A stretch of 63,676 nucleotides of DNA from Lama glama (GCA_028534125.1 CM052817.1:7008001-7071676); one strand, 5' to 3'. Shown: positions 35,045 to 48,339, counted from the stretch's first letter. The notes: generated by a model not told the origin, from the letters alone. Numbers and translations: made by a program.

Positions 35045-37455
35045 TTTTTGAGACATTGAGTTAAAATGTACGTGTCATAGTATTTACCCTCTGAAAGTAT
35101 ACAACTCAGTGGCCTCTCATTGAACGAAGTTGTGCAGCCATCACCACCATATAATATCGAAATATTGTCATCACCCCAAAAGGAAACCTCCTAGCCATTA
35201 GCAGACACTCTCCATTTGTCACTCCTCCCAGCCCTTAGAAATCAATAATTACATTCTGTCACTATGGATTTGCCTATTTTGGATGTTTAATGTAGATAAA
35301 AATCAAGAAATCCATTGCCTTTTGTGTCTGTTTCTTTCACTTAGTAGGAGATTTTAGAAGTTCATCCAGAGCAGATGAATTACCTTTGCATGAATATACA
35401 TCTTTTGTCCATTTATTCATCAGTTGATAGACAGTTAAATGATTTCCAGTTGTTGGTTATTATGAGTATTTATGGCTATGAACATTTGCATACAAGTTGT
35501 TATGTGGGTAAGTTATCTTGTGGGTAAGTTTTATGGTTTCAGGTCTCTTGAGTTTATACTTGGACGGGATTTTTTGGGTCATGTGGTATTTCTATGTGTA
35601 TCTTTGAAAAAACTGCTATTTTTTTTTTCAAAAAAACTATACAATTTTACACTATCATTCATGAAGCATGAGGGTTCTAAAATCTCTACATACTTGTCAG
35701 CACTTAAGTCGTCTGTCTTTTTATTACACACATACTAATGGCTGTCAAGGGATTCCTCATTGTGGCTTTGATTAGCTTTTCCCTAAGGACTAATTTTATT
35801 TCAAATATTTTTATTTGCTATTTGTATATCTTCCTTGGAGAAATATCTATTCAAATCCTTTGCCAATTTAAAAAATATTGAAGTAAAATTCACATGACAT
35901 CAAATAATCCACTTTAAGGTGAACGATTCAGTGGCATTAAGTACATTCACAATGTTGTGTGACCACCACTTCTGTCTAGTTCTGGAAGTTTCAAAGCATT
36001 TTCATCACCCCCAAAGGAATATTCATACCTATAAATTGGTTATTCCATTTCCCACTTTACACAACCCGTTGGAACCATCAATCTGTTGTCTTTATGGTTT
36101 TATCTATTAAGAATGTTGCACGTAAATGGAATTATTCAGTATGTGACCTCTTATGTTCAGCTTCTTCCATTTAGCATATTTTTTGACATTCATCCACGTT
36201 GTAGCACATTATCAATATTTAATTCCTTTTTATTTATAAATGATATTTCACTGTATGTATAGACTATAATTTGTTTATCCATTCATTAACTGGTATATAT
36301 TGGATGGTGTCTGTCTTTTGGCGATTGTGAACTGTGTTGCTATGAACATGTGTGTATATGTTTTTATTTAAATGCCTATTTTCAGTTCTTTGGGGTATAT
36401 ACCTAGGAGAGCAATGGCTGGGTCATATATTAATTTTGTTTAACTTTTTGAGGCACAACAAGATAATTCCCCACAGGGGTTAAACTGTTTAGATTTCTGC
36501 CAGCGATACATGTGGGCTCTATTTCCTCCATATGCTTGATGACACTTGTTATTTTCAGCCATTTTTTGGTTATAGCTGGATTCCCTCTCTCTCGGCCTCC
36601 TGCCTTCCCTCCCTCATTCTCTTTTTCTCTTTCTTTCTTCTTCTGAATTGCTCTGGCTAGAACTTGCAGTACAACGTTGAATAACAGTGGCAAAAGCACC
36701 TTCGTGTTACTCTTCATCTTAGGAAAAACAACTTTCAATGCTTCACCTGTGAGTATGGTGCTGGGCATGGATTTTCCCTTATGATTATTAAGGAGTTTCT
36801 TAGTTTTTATCAAAGGAAGTTGTTGGGTTTTGCTGAATGCTCCTTCTGTGTCATTTGAGATGCTCATGGGTTTTTTCCCCTTTGTTCCACGTGATGTAAG
36901 ACACTGGTGGGTTTTCTAATGCTAAACCACCCTTGCATCCCTGGGATAAGTCTCATGTGGTCATGGTGTACAATCTTTTTAATACACTGTTGGGAATGGT
37001 TTGCTAGTATTTTGATGAGGCTTCTTTGTCTATATTCATAATGGATATTGTTCTTTAGTTTTTTTTTTTTTGTCTTACTCTGGTTTTGTTATCAGAACAA
37101 TATTTGCCTTACAGAATGAGTTAGAAATATTTCCTTTGCTTTGATTTTGTGGAAGAGTTTGGGAAGGATTGCTAATAATTATTCTTTAAATGTTTGGTAA
37201 AGTTGACCACTGAAGCCATCTGATCCTGGACTTCTCTTTGTTGAAAGGTTTTGATGACTCATCCTATCACTTTATTTATCTTTTTCAGGAGCTACACCTT
37301 TGCTACACCAGGAGCTAGACTTTGTAATAAGTCTGTTCAGACATTCTGTTTCTTCTTGAGTCAGTTTTGGTAAGTGTGTTTCCAGAAATTTCCCCATGAC
37401 ATCTAGGTTCTCTAGTTTGTTAGTGCATAATTGTTAATAGTATTCTCTGATAAAC
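35045..37455 (-). mobile_element. Stacked L1MB-class elements: two 3' ends (starting ~35045 and ~35875) and an ORF2 segment (~36620-37455)
   Basis: 'ttgtcatcaccccaaaaggaaacc', 'ttttcatcacccccaaagg', 'ggggtatatacctaggag', 'ccttgcatccctgggataagtctc', 'gaagccatctgatcctggac'. Confidence 0.9.
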
Positions 37456-38689
37456 TGAAGAGACAGCAGATGTTAAGTCAGCTCAGAAAGGATTTCAGAA
37501 ACCTCATCATGTAGCCCTGTGTTAAGGAAGGAATTTATATGAAGGATGATTTAATTATCTGATATCTTTCTTACTTTCAGAGAATATCTCGGAGAAAGTG
37601 CTATAAAAAAGGGAAACTTTCTGTAAGAAACTGCATCAATTTTTACCTCTGTATTGAGCTAGGTTTTCAGTGTATTTAACTGCATCAGAAAAAGTGTCTG
37701 GATTGCATTGTTGCAGGCCAGCACACAATTGCTTTTATTCCATTACAATTTACTGGTAATTCCCTGTGTCTCGAGAGATATTTTCTCTAAGATTCAATCA
37801 CTTGAACTGAATTCTGATGTTTTGTAAAATTACATTCAAAAATATTGTCCACTCTGTTTCTCAGTGCCCTTTGTTCAAGGACTCATAGACTATCTTACAA
37901 CTTGAATTTAGTTCCAGTAAAAAAAAAAGATATCTAAAGACAAAGTGAGCATCTTTCTATTTTCAGTAAATTCAAACAACAAATTATCTTTTTGCTTAAT
38001 ATGATAAGAAATTCAGGATCAAATTCACTGCCCAAATATTATAATCTGCTCCACCCAGGTATCTAAATACAATTGCCCGAAGATTTAATAAATGTGTTAT
38101 CTATTTTGTTTTGCCTTGAATATATAACTTTCTAGAAATAGATAAACCTAAACATTGAAAATAATGGAAAGAACAGCAACCTATCTTTATCACTTTAAAG
38201 GTTGAGAAACACACGCAGAAAGACTTGATTTCATCCAAGTTTAAGCTTGAGTCATTTACTGTTGTTTTTTTTTAATTTTATTACATTTACATTCTACCTT
38301 GCTTTATAAAATAGAAACAGGGTGCTAGGGATAAATATAGCTACATGGAAGAGAAAAATGGTACTGTCATTACTGAGTAACAGATACAATACTAAGTCTC
38401 TTATAAAAACCATCTCTTATTCTTTATTACAAAAATGCATAAAGTAAGAAACCAAAGTCTAGAGGGTGTAGCTCCTGAAAAAGATAAAAAAGTTGCATAC
38501 TTTGAACCATAACTGGAGACTAGGCCCATCTTTAGCTATTTTCTGATTTATGCAGTGATATACAATAAAAACAAAGTGCAACAATATTGGAGTGTTAACT
38601 TAGAATAAAACCTCAAATCATGCTTGACATCTGAATATATATTTCCCACCTATTATATCTCTTACAAGCTCTATGATAAAAGTTATAAA

Positions 38690-39040
38690 CACTAAAATCC
38701 AAAATCCTTTCCCAAGCTTCTTCGTATTGAGGCATTAACAAGTTGGCACTGATTTTGTCAATGAGATAGGCAGTAGTCCACCTCTTCACTTTCTCCTCTT
38801 TTGGCTTTTGAAGACAGATATATGCAGATGTGATGGCTGGAGCTGCAACAACCATTTTGTGACCATAAGAGCAATGCAGAGTATACCAGCTCTAATATTT
38901 CTAAGCTATTGGCCCAAGCCAATGGCCACAAAACTCTGAATTTCATTTTATGTGAAAAAAAAAACAATTATCTATTTGTTTAAGCCATTATGACCTTGTT
39001 TTCTGGCAAACATGTTAGTTAAAATATTAACTGGTACAGA
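38690..39040 (+). mobile_element. MaLR LTR, MLT1J-like
   Basis: 'atgcagatgtgatggctggagctgcaacaaccattttgtgaccat...tatttgtttaagcca...ttaactggtaca'. Confidence 0.75.
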
Positions 39041-39319
39041 TTATCTCATTAGGCCATCATCCAGATATTGCCGTCGGATTGCAAATTTATAGAACACTTC
39101 AGTTAATACTGTAACTGAATTCCTTAAGTTGAATTGGAGCAAGGCAAGTCTGGGGGCATCTCCCGGTCTGCTCTTTTTCTGTCTCCCAGGAGTTTAAGGT
39201 TCCTTTTCCCTGGATGTGCTATTTCTTCTAAGCATTAAGCATCACCTCTGTTGGTCATTTCTGAGATACTCAAAGATAGCTTTTGCACTTTGGAGATAAG
39301 AATACCACAAAGATCCACT

Positions 39320-39960
39320 TTCAACACCAAACTTTAAATCACCGTTAGCTCTTGCTTGAACTACTGCAGTAGTCAGCTTACTGACCCTTGAGTCTTACTT
39401 TTATCCAATGTGTTATCCATATAGCAAAAAAGTAATTTTGAAATAACATATTAGATGCACAACTCTATGGCGCTTTCCATCCATCAGGTGCTTCACATGG
39501 TGTGTCCCAGAGTGCCCTGTGTCTGGTACGACTGCCGCCCTCCTTCATCCATAAACTTTCAGCCACAGCTTTAGGTACATCAAGCTCTGCCTCACCCAAG
39601 GCTCTTTGCACGTGCTGTTCCCAGTGCCTGGAATGGTCTTCTTTTGGCTTTGCTCCTGGCTGGATTTTTGTGTCCTCTGTAATCAGTTTTCATCTCCTTT
39701 TATTTAGAGATCTTCCCTGATCAGCTTGTTTAAAACATTCTCATATTTTTCCATCTCCTGGGAGCCTGCTTTTTAAATACGTACCATTGTTTCTAATAAT
39801 TTTCCTTACTTCTTTGTTTATTTGTGCAATGTCTGTGCCTGTGACTAAAATAAAAGTTCCACAAGAAAATGTCTGACCTCAACTCATGGTGTTACTGCGC
39901 CTAAAAAAAAGAGTCTGCACCGGGGGCACTCAATAAATGGCTGTTTAATGAATAATTAAA
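39320..39960 (+). mobile_element. L2 3' region
   Basis: 'cttgcttgaactactgcagtagtc', 'tttgcacgtgctgttcccagtgcctggaatg', 'ggcactcaataaatggctgtttaatgaat'. Confidence 0.8.
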
Positions 39961-40124
39961 CTGTTAGCTGATATTATCAGGCCAGTGAAATAGAAACCTC
40001 TAAACTCAGAGTTACTCAGAACAAGAAGTACAGGGAAAATAAGGATATACAGTAGTGGTGCCTGGAGATGCTTTTTCTTAATTACCAAACCAGACAGACT
40101 TTTGATTTCTATTTTTTTATTCTT

Positions 40125-40590
40125 AATTTTTTCCATCTTTATTGAGGTATGATTGACAAATACAAATTGTTATCTGTTTAAGTGTTATTTTGATATAGCT
40201 ACACCTGGTGTAATCATTACCAACAGCAAGCTAAGTAACATACCCATCATCTCACATAAGTACCATTGTGTGTGTGTGTGTGTGTGTGTATGTGGTGAGA
40301 ACACTTAAGATCTACCATCTTAGCAAATATCGAGTATACCATCTATTATTATTAACTATAGTTGCCTTGCTGTACGTTAGCTCTCCAGGACATATTTATT
40401 TGATAACTCAAAGCTTGTACCCTTTGGCCAACATCTGCCTATTCCTCCCCCATCCCCACCCCCACCCTCAGCTGCTGGCAACCACCATTTTACTTTCTGT
40501 TTCTCTAGGTTTGGCTTTTTCAGATTCTGTGTGTAACAGATGATGTCCTGCAATGGTTTTCTTTCACTGTCTGTCTTACTTCACTTCACA
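40125..40590 (-). mobile_element. L1MA9/10-like 3' end with (TG)n
   Basis: 'ctttattgaggtatgattgacaaat...gtggtgagaacacttaagatctacc...ctggcaaccaccattttactttctgtttct'. Confidence 0.88.
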
Positions 40591-40688
40591 CACACTCAGT
40601 TTAACTGGTGTAATAAAACACACCTACTATCACACACTCAACTGTATTAGTGAAATAATCTGCTCTATGGATTTTAGATACGGCCAAA

Positions 40689-41138
40689 TGTATGAGTTAA
40701 ACTTCTCCAGAGAAACAAACCAATAGGATGTGTGTGTGTGTGTGTGTGTTTGTGCGTGTGTGTGCACATGAGCAGAGAGAGAAAGAGGGAGACTTATTTT
40801 GCAGAGTTAGCTCACAGCATTGTGGATCCTGGCAAGTCCAGACTCTGCAGAGTTCAGTCAAGAGGCTAGAGACTCAGGGAAGAGCTGATGTTGCAGTCTG
40901 AGTCTGAAGGCTGTCTACCGACAGAATCTTCCCTTTCTTTCAGCATATCAGTCTTTTTCCTATTTAGGCTTTCAACTGATTGGATGAGGCCCACCCACAT
41001 GATGGAGGGTAGTCTGCTGTACTTGAAGTTTACTGATTTCAGTGTTAAATACCTTTACTGAAATATCTAGACTCACCCTTAGAGCAAATATCTGGATACT
41101 GTGGTCTAGCTAACTTGGCACATAAAATTAACATCACA
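40689..41138 (-). mobile_element. ERVL solo LTR, MLT2D-like, near full length
   Basis: 'ttctccagagaaacaaaccaatagga...ttcaactgattggatgaggcccacccacatgatggaggg...cacataaaattaacatcaca'. Confidence 0.9.
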
Positions 41139-42689
41139 GCAACTAAAAACATTAATGATAAATTTAGAATGATTTTCTTGTCCCTCCTTCCCATTTCTCC
41201 AGGATCTGATAAGAATTTAGTTCTTTAAAGAAAAAAAGTGTTGAAGTATTTTAATAAAGGAAGAAGATAAAAAGAGAAGCTAGTGAATGGAGTTTTAATT
41301 ATTTTTGTAATTTGTTGCTGGTCTGTACCTGAATGGTCTCTCTGTCATATCTTTGCTAATGTCCTTGCTCTTAGGTGGACTGGATGTGGGCAGAACAAAT
41401 GCAGCATCATTTGTTAGAGGTGTGCGTGGTGACCTCTATCCCACCCTTAACTTTCTTATGATAAGTGATAAGAAGCTGTCACTTGTTTTTTAGTATTAAA
41501 GACAAGAGTCAAAGAACAGGTTATGATGAAATCATGCTCAAATAGAGAATTCCTTTCAGTATGTTTTCATGGTAAGGATCATCTTAACAAGTTAGTTTAG
41601 ATATTTTCAGCCCTAATTAATATATATTAACTCTTATTCGCTAAGATACTAATAATTCATTAGAATTTTTAAATTAAACATTATTACTTTTAAAAAAAGA
41701 ACTTGGGGACAGATTGCTATAAATTCCCAGACCAAAAAAAGCTTCCCATCTGAGTATAGCGAAGGAAGCAAGGCAATGAAGAAGGTGAGGAGGAAATCAA
41801 GCCCCAGAATATCGACAAGCACCAGACAGTCCAAGAAAACGCCTTTGAAGAGAGGACTGCAGCTCCCCTAGAAGGATGGAAGTCTTGTCTAACCTGGCAC
41901 TGGAGCTCCCCGACACTGAGGTGTTCTGCAGTGGGACTGAGGGTAAATCTTTTCCTGCAGAATGAAAATCAATAAAGAATATTTTCCTCAAGCCACAAAA
42001 CATACAGGAAAACATTATGAAAGTAGTATTGCTACCAGGCTGTGAAAGTACATTGCCTTTTAGTTCGAAGTAGTTTCAAATTTTATTGTATTTCCATTTG
42101 CATCCTTGGAGTAGTGAAGCCCTGAGGAATATAGTTTTTGGTGATGTAATAACAAGTACGCCTTCCTGAAAATACCTTTGCTTAGAACTTCTAAACAAAG
42201 TTGAAAATAAAACCGATTCACGCCATTAAAGTTGATGTATCCTGGATATCTCTCACCATCGGTATCCAGTAATAAGAGAACATAGAAAATGACTAAAGGT
42301 TTAAAAGAACAAGCCTTAACGAAAAGATCTGGATACAAAACTGAAATTAATGTCTTCAGTGCATCCAAGGCAGAGAACCCTAGACTCACAAGAATGATGA
42401 CTGCCGTGTGGTTAGAGAGGCTCTGCTGACGGAGATGTTCTGGCCACGTCAAGGCTGTCTGTGTACCAGCACCGCCTGGTCAAGGAGAGGGCTCCAGACC
42501 AAGGCTTCTGAGCATTTTCTCTGTCTGGACCTTGGGCTGCCTGAGGAAGACTACAGGCCCATTCCCTTCTCAGAATAATGTAAATAAAATTGCATGAAGT
42601 AAATGAGATTGTAAGGTTATTTAAGGTATGAGTAAATATAACTATCAAAATATGAATGTAAAACCAGATAGTAACATGCTCACTTTTTT

Positions 42690-43001
42690 AATTCTTATTT
42701 TGTATTGAAGTGTAGTTGATTCACAATGTTAGTTTCATGTGTACAGCAAAGTGATTCAGTTTTATATGTATATATATATATGTGTGTGTGTGTATATATA
42801 TATATTTTAGATTCTCTTCCATTATAGCAAATTACAAGAAATTGAATATAGTTCCCTGTGCTATACAGTAGATCTTTGTGTATTAAATAGATACAAATTA
42901 CTATATATATATATATGTAGTAATTTGTATCTATCAATACCAAACCCCTAATCTCTCTCTCCCCACCGCCTTTCCCCTGGTAACCACAGTTTGTTTTCTG
43001 T
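42690..43001 (-). mobile_element. Artiodactyl/camelid L1 3' end
   Basis: 'tattgaagtgtagttgattcacaatgttagtttc...gtacagcaaagtgattcagt...ttgaatatagttccctgtgctatacagta...tggtaaccacagtttgttttct'. Confidence 0.9.
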
Positions 43002-43289
43002 TAAATAACAATATCTAGTGATGAGCATCATAAATAACAGAACAGCAGAGTAGTAATGAGATTAAAATTCTTGAGATATCTGAAAAATTTGTATAATGTA
43101 ATCTGACTTGGTCTATAAATTCTGTTGGTATCTGTGTAGGTTCCTGGCATTAGTTGTCCGAGTTCACAGTAGAAAAGTGAGCTTAAATTTCAATTAGAAG
43201 TTTCACTCTTTGAAAAAAAATTTTTTTTCTCCCATTCAAACTCAGAAACCCTTTGAGGGGTCTGTGAAGTCCAGTTTAAGAACTCTTAC

Positions 43290-43420
43290 ACAATAGTTCT
43301 CAGCCTTAACATCAGAATCACTGGGGAGTTAAAAAGAGAAACATGCTCGAGGCATCCTCCAAAGGTTCTAATTGCATCAGTCTGAGTTTCAGCCTGGACA
43401 AACAGAGAATGGAATTTTGT
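43290..43420. mobile_element. MER5A-like hAT-Charlie fragment
   Basis: 'caatagttctcagccttaacatcagaatcactggggagttaaaaa...ggttctaattgcatcagtctgag'. Confidence 0.7.
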
Positions 43421-43424
43421 AGGC

Positions 43425-43502
43425 ATGTGTGTATGCTGTGTGTGATGCATGTGTGTGGTATGTGTGTGTATGTGTGTGTATGTGTGTGTGGTGTGTGTGT
43501 GA
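43425..43502. repeat. Imperfect (TG)n/(TATG)n microsatellite
   Basis: Directly visible in the sequence. Confidence 0.9.
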
Positions 43503-43939
43503 GAAACTGAGCTCTTTGAGCTTCCGGAATAACATACCATTTTGAGTGCTGTCAGTTATTATCTGTGAAATAAACACTCGTTTGTGTCATTTTCTGCATC
43601 CCTAACACTTAACACTTCCCTTCACAATTTTTTTAACGAAACAGCCTTGTATTGCTTGTCATTTTATCCACTTTAAAGTGTTTCTGCTATTGTAAAAGAT
43701 GAAATGCTGTAAGAACTTACATGTACTTTAAACACAGTTTGAATTAAGATAAAATTAATTTCTAAAAAATGATTTTCTAAGGGGATTTGCTGGTGGGATT
43801 TTAGGGTTCTAATTTTAACTTAAAAATTCAGCTGGGAAATAGTTGTCTCCGTTTCTGTGAGATTCTTTGCTCCGTCACAACGGCCCTCTTGCTCTCGTAA
43901 ATGACTTCTGCACTCTATTGCTGCAACCTTGTAAATCCG

Positions 43940-46250
43940 GGTCATCACTATGTGTGGTAGGTGCAATGATGAGGAGCGGGGACCGGGTTCTGAAAGCGCA
44001 GAGAAGGGCAATCAGGAGTCAGGGGAGGCAGGCTTGGAACCTGAGACGTGGAGGAAACACAAGAGCGAGCAGACAGGCAGGAGACAGCTGGGGTTTGCTT
44101 CAGGAGAGAGTGTTCTAGGTGGAGGGGGAAAATGATTCCCCAAATGAGAGGTAAGAACGAGCAAGTTCAGCTTAGAACTGAAATTGGAACGTCTGCAGCT
44201 TAGGCTCTGGGAGGGGAGCAGTGGCAGAGGATGCTGGAGAGAAGACAGACAGCGCCTCCTTGGCCAACATCTTAAGGAAGCTTAGACTTCATTCCATAAG
44301 CTGGAGGAAGGCATTAAAGACTTAGACAGGGCAGACTTGTAAATATACTGAGTGCAGCGTGGGGAACACATTGGAGGGAAAACTGGCAAGATTGGAATCA
44401 GTGTGACTTTAAATACCTGGCTGTGCCAAAGATGCCAAAATGTATTTCTCCTGCCCTGCCTTCTTCCACCAACACCAGACTCGTTCATCAGTTATGTATG
44501 TCTCCACTTGGGTGTCTAATGGACACCCCAAACCTAATATCCTAATATGCCTACAACTAGCCTCTGAAAGTTTCCTCTAAACCTGTTCCGCCCAGAACCT
44601 TTCCCATTTTAATTATGCCTTTTTTTTTTTTTTTTGCTGTAGCCAAAACCCTGGAGTCCTCCTTCTCTTTTTCACTCACATGGCAAATCTAATATATCAG
44701 AATCCTTTCTCCTTTATCTTCAAGTCATATTCAGAATCTAATGACTTCTTACCGCCCTCATGCTCTTGTTCATCTTCTCATGTCTGGACTGCTGTAGGAG
44801 CCTCCTAGCTGATCTTCCTGATTCTGTCTTCAGCAGGGCAACAAGCAAGATTATCTTAAAACCTAAGTACATAAGCACAATCATGTCCCTCCTCTGCTCA
44901 GACCCTGAGATGGCTCCATATTTTGCAAAGTAGAAGTCAGCATTCTTACGGTCCCTAAAAGTTGTAAATACCATCACACCTGCAGCTGTGACTTCTCGAC
45001 TCCATCTCTTTCTACTCTTCCCAACCCCTGATTCTAACATGATTCTTTAAGATTTGCTGAAACAGGCACATCCCACTTTAGAACCTTTAACTGGTTAGAC
45101 TCTGTCAAGAAAACACTCTTCCCTGCCTTAACTCTATTACCCACTTCAAGTTTTTGTTTGTCCCTACTCAGTGGGACCTACTCTGACCACCTTACTTTCC
45201 TTTTTCTATAACACCTAGCAGTCGCTGTGATACTCTTCAACAATACATTGTATCTACTGCTTACTGTCCCTTCTCCAACCAGAATGTGAGCAGGCAAGGG
45301 CAGGGAGACTCCTCTGATTTGCTCACTGATATACCTCTAGCATCATAAATAGTGCTTGGAACATAATTGTCACTCAATAAATATTTTGGAAAAGGTGAGA
45401 GAGGATCATTGTCTGGCATTGAGAAGGGTGAATGGACAGAATTAAATAGTGATATGGTGCAGACTTGAGAAATAGAATCAGTGGGCTTTTATAGTACGTT
45501 GTATGGGTTATAGAAGTAGGAGGAGTTACTGATAACATGCAGGTGTCTGGTTTGATGTACAGCTTTGATGCAGATGGCATTTACTGAGAGACAGGATATC
45601 AGAGCACAAGCAAACACGAGTGGAAAGAAGATAATTCCAGCAGTACTAGAAAAATATAGAGACATGTATGGGGTACACCCAGTCCAGCTATAGAGATGCA
45701 GGTCTTTATGTGAATCTTCATGCCGGGGGAAGGGTATGGAAACAGCTGTCCAGGAGTGGGTGGTGGGATGCAGTAATAGCATGAAGGACACTGAAGCCAT
45801 GGAGGGCAATGACCACCAAGTGGGTTGTAGGCTGCTCAGTAGAGAATTGTGAAAAGAATGAGGGGAACCAACTCTGGGAACAGAACCATGAGTAATGCAG
45901 ACATTATTAAAGGCAAGTTGAGGAAAGAGGAAATCTTTATGAAAATAAATTAAGATAAAGCAAACAATATATAGAAAATCCTCATCATTCTGGATGCTGA
46001 GTGAAGGGAGTGTTTTACGAAAGAATTTTTGATCACATCAAATAGTTAAGGTCTGAAAAATTCCAATAACTTTGGCAACAAGGGGGGTATTGCAAATATG
46101 CAAAAGGTAGTTTCAACAAACTACTAAAATATTTTTTAGATCTTAGCTCTAAAGGGGAAGAGGGAGGTTAAGCCAATAGTTGGTGGGAAATGAAAACTTG
46201 AACAAAGGCTTGTTTATAGGAGAGAAACTTTAGCAGATTTAGCTCAGGAG
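43940..46250 (-). mobile_element. Old L2 (about 43940-44400 and 45395-46250), split by an opposite-strand L2
   Basis: 'ttaaggaagcttagacttcattcc', 'ggaggagttactgataacatgcaggtgtctggtttg', 'gatggcatttactgagagacagga'. Confidence 0.6.
44425..45390 (+). mobile_element. L2a-like 3' ~1 kb
   Basis: 'tctccacttgggtgtctaatggacaccccaaacctaa', 'tctcatgtctggactgctgtaggagcctcctagctgatc', 'agtgcttggaacataattgtcactcaataaatatt'. Confidence 0.85.
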
Positions 46251-47089
46251 GGAAGAGAGAGGGGATATTGAAAATGGATACAATGATCCTAAAAGTAATG
46301 AAATGAGTTCCTATTTATTTATTTAATTTATTATTAATAGGAGAGAAAATTTAGTAGATTTACTCAGAGACAAGTAGAGAGGGGATATTGAAACATGGAT
46401 AAAACAATCCTAAAAATACTGAAACGAGTTTCTAGAAAGGTGGGACCTGCCAACAGGGAAGGGCATTGCATAGAGGACTCTGTTTCCTTCTTTGTGAAAG
46501 GAAGAACATGACAAAGGTATTCGCTTTACAGGTGTGCTGGCTGGAAGTTTAAAGAAGTCTTATCTGGTATCTCTATGTTCCTCTGAGAATATAAGAGGTG
46601 ATGTCCCACTTTTGAAAATGACGGAAGATATGCTGAAGTCGAAAATAAAGGTTGATGATGAGGACAGTTGGAGGGTCCCAGAGAAGGACTGAAGGTCCAG
46701 TGAATTAGCGTGTATTACCAATTCCATCTCATGCAAACCCACCCTTGCTCGTTAATCTGCAGCCTCACTGATTTCACGTCCTCTGTTGTGGAAGTTCCCT
46801 CTCATGTCAAGCCTTTGGCCAGGACTTTCCATCTACCTGACATAATTTAAAAGCTACTGTGTCTAAAATAGAAAATAGCCCATTGTTCATAGTGTTCTTT
46901 TCATTTCCTTTACATTGCTAGCAATTCGTAATGATTCATTCATCATTTGTTTATGTCTTTCATGTAAAAATAAACCATCTTATTTTTTATTTCACTTTTT
47001 AACCATTTTAACGTTAATGTCTCAACAGATGTAGGTGATCAAGTATTTGCTGATCATTGAATAAACTGGATTTATAGTGGCATTAGCCA

Positions 47090-47610
47090 AAAAAAAAAAG
47101 CTGACTTTAAAAGATGTGATTATACAAAAAATAAAAGTGGAGGAATTTAGAACTTAGCTTTAGACTTAGAAAATTAAAAGTAAGCAAAGTAAATTAATCC
47201 AAGTAAATAAAAATGGAAAGTGAAATGTACAAACTGATATTATACATAAATCAAAAAATAAATCCAAGATAGGATTTTTAGTAAAACATAATGAATTAGG
47301 TACAGATTGGCTACTTGGATTGACAAAACTGAAACAAGGGAAATAAGAAAGGAGTGTAACTGCAGATAGTGTGGAGATTCGAAGATCATTGGCAAATAAA
47401 ATGTATAACCCTATGCTGCTAAATTTGACAAACCCAAAGACAAAGATCCTCCTCTTTTCTCAGAACATGTAAATTGCCCCAATTGTCTCAGTAACAAGTA
47501 GAAATAGACAAATAGAATAGACAAATACTTATGAAAGGAGCTGGAAAAGTTTTCAAAGATTTTCTTCTTAAAAATGTTCCAGGGGACTTCGAAGCAAAGC
47601 AGGGAAGTGA
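47090..47610 (+). mobile_element. Highly decayed L1M ORF2 fragment
   Basis: 'ctatgctgctaaatttgacaaacc', 'aattgccccaattgtctcagtaacaagtagaaa', 'tccaggggac'. Confidence 0.6.
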
Positions 47611-48339
47611 ATACAATTGATTTTGGTCTTCACCTCTCTCTAGTTTTTTTTCCCAATTGCTCCTTGAAGTGAACAATGAAATATAAAAATAGGCAGAACC
47701 CAGCACTGGTACTGTACACCTGTAAAGGAGTCTCTCCATTGTGGGAAGTATATTGGAGAGGGAACACGAGTGAGGGAACACCCAGCGGTATAAAGGTCAG
47801 GGGACGGGCAACAAGAAGAACAGAGCTCAGCAGAGCTTTATTATTACCTGGAAACAACCTAGAGAGAGGGCTGAGGCTACAGCAAACAGCAGGGAGCATG
47901 TGCTGATGTCCTTAACTGCACTGAGAAGAAGTCTTAGTGCTGGAGCCACATTGATAATGAGTCTGCAGAGGGACTTCTTCACTGGTTCTAATTGGCATGG
48001 GCAGCCTTGTTCCTAGCTGGCTTCCAGCGAAGGCATCTTCATTGCCGGCTCCTAATGAGGCCAGTCATACCAGGCAAATGGTAAAGATACACTAATTCCT
48101 GGCTGCTCTCCCAAGTAGACAAAGACAGTACTTGAATACAGAGCTGAAGGTCTGTATTCCAACTTACCTTGCTTCCGCAATCCAGATCCATTTCCAGATT
48201 TTACAACCAGTTAAAAGAAATGATTGAAAAGGACATTAAATATGACCATGATTTTTCTTCCTAACTAAAATATTGGAAAAGGACATTAAGTTTGATCATG
48301 ATTTTCTTTCCTATGCTATTCTGTAAGACCTTAAATATA

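Noticed and set aside
36430..36867. 145-aa minus-strand ORF
   Set aside because: Degenerate L1 ORF2 remnants (PLLFNVVLQVLARAI) with frameshifts
40444..40469. G-quadruplex-forming tract on the minus strand
   Set aside because: The ordinary G-rich tract of the L1 3' UTR
42060..42452. 130-aa minus-strand ORF in non-repeat DNA
   Set aside because: Non-ATG start, no recognisable domain and no supporting exon chain
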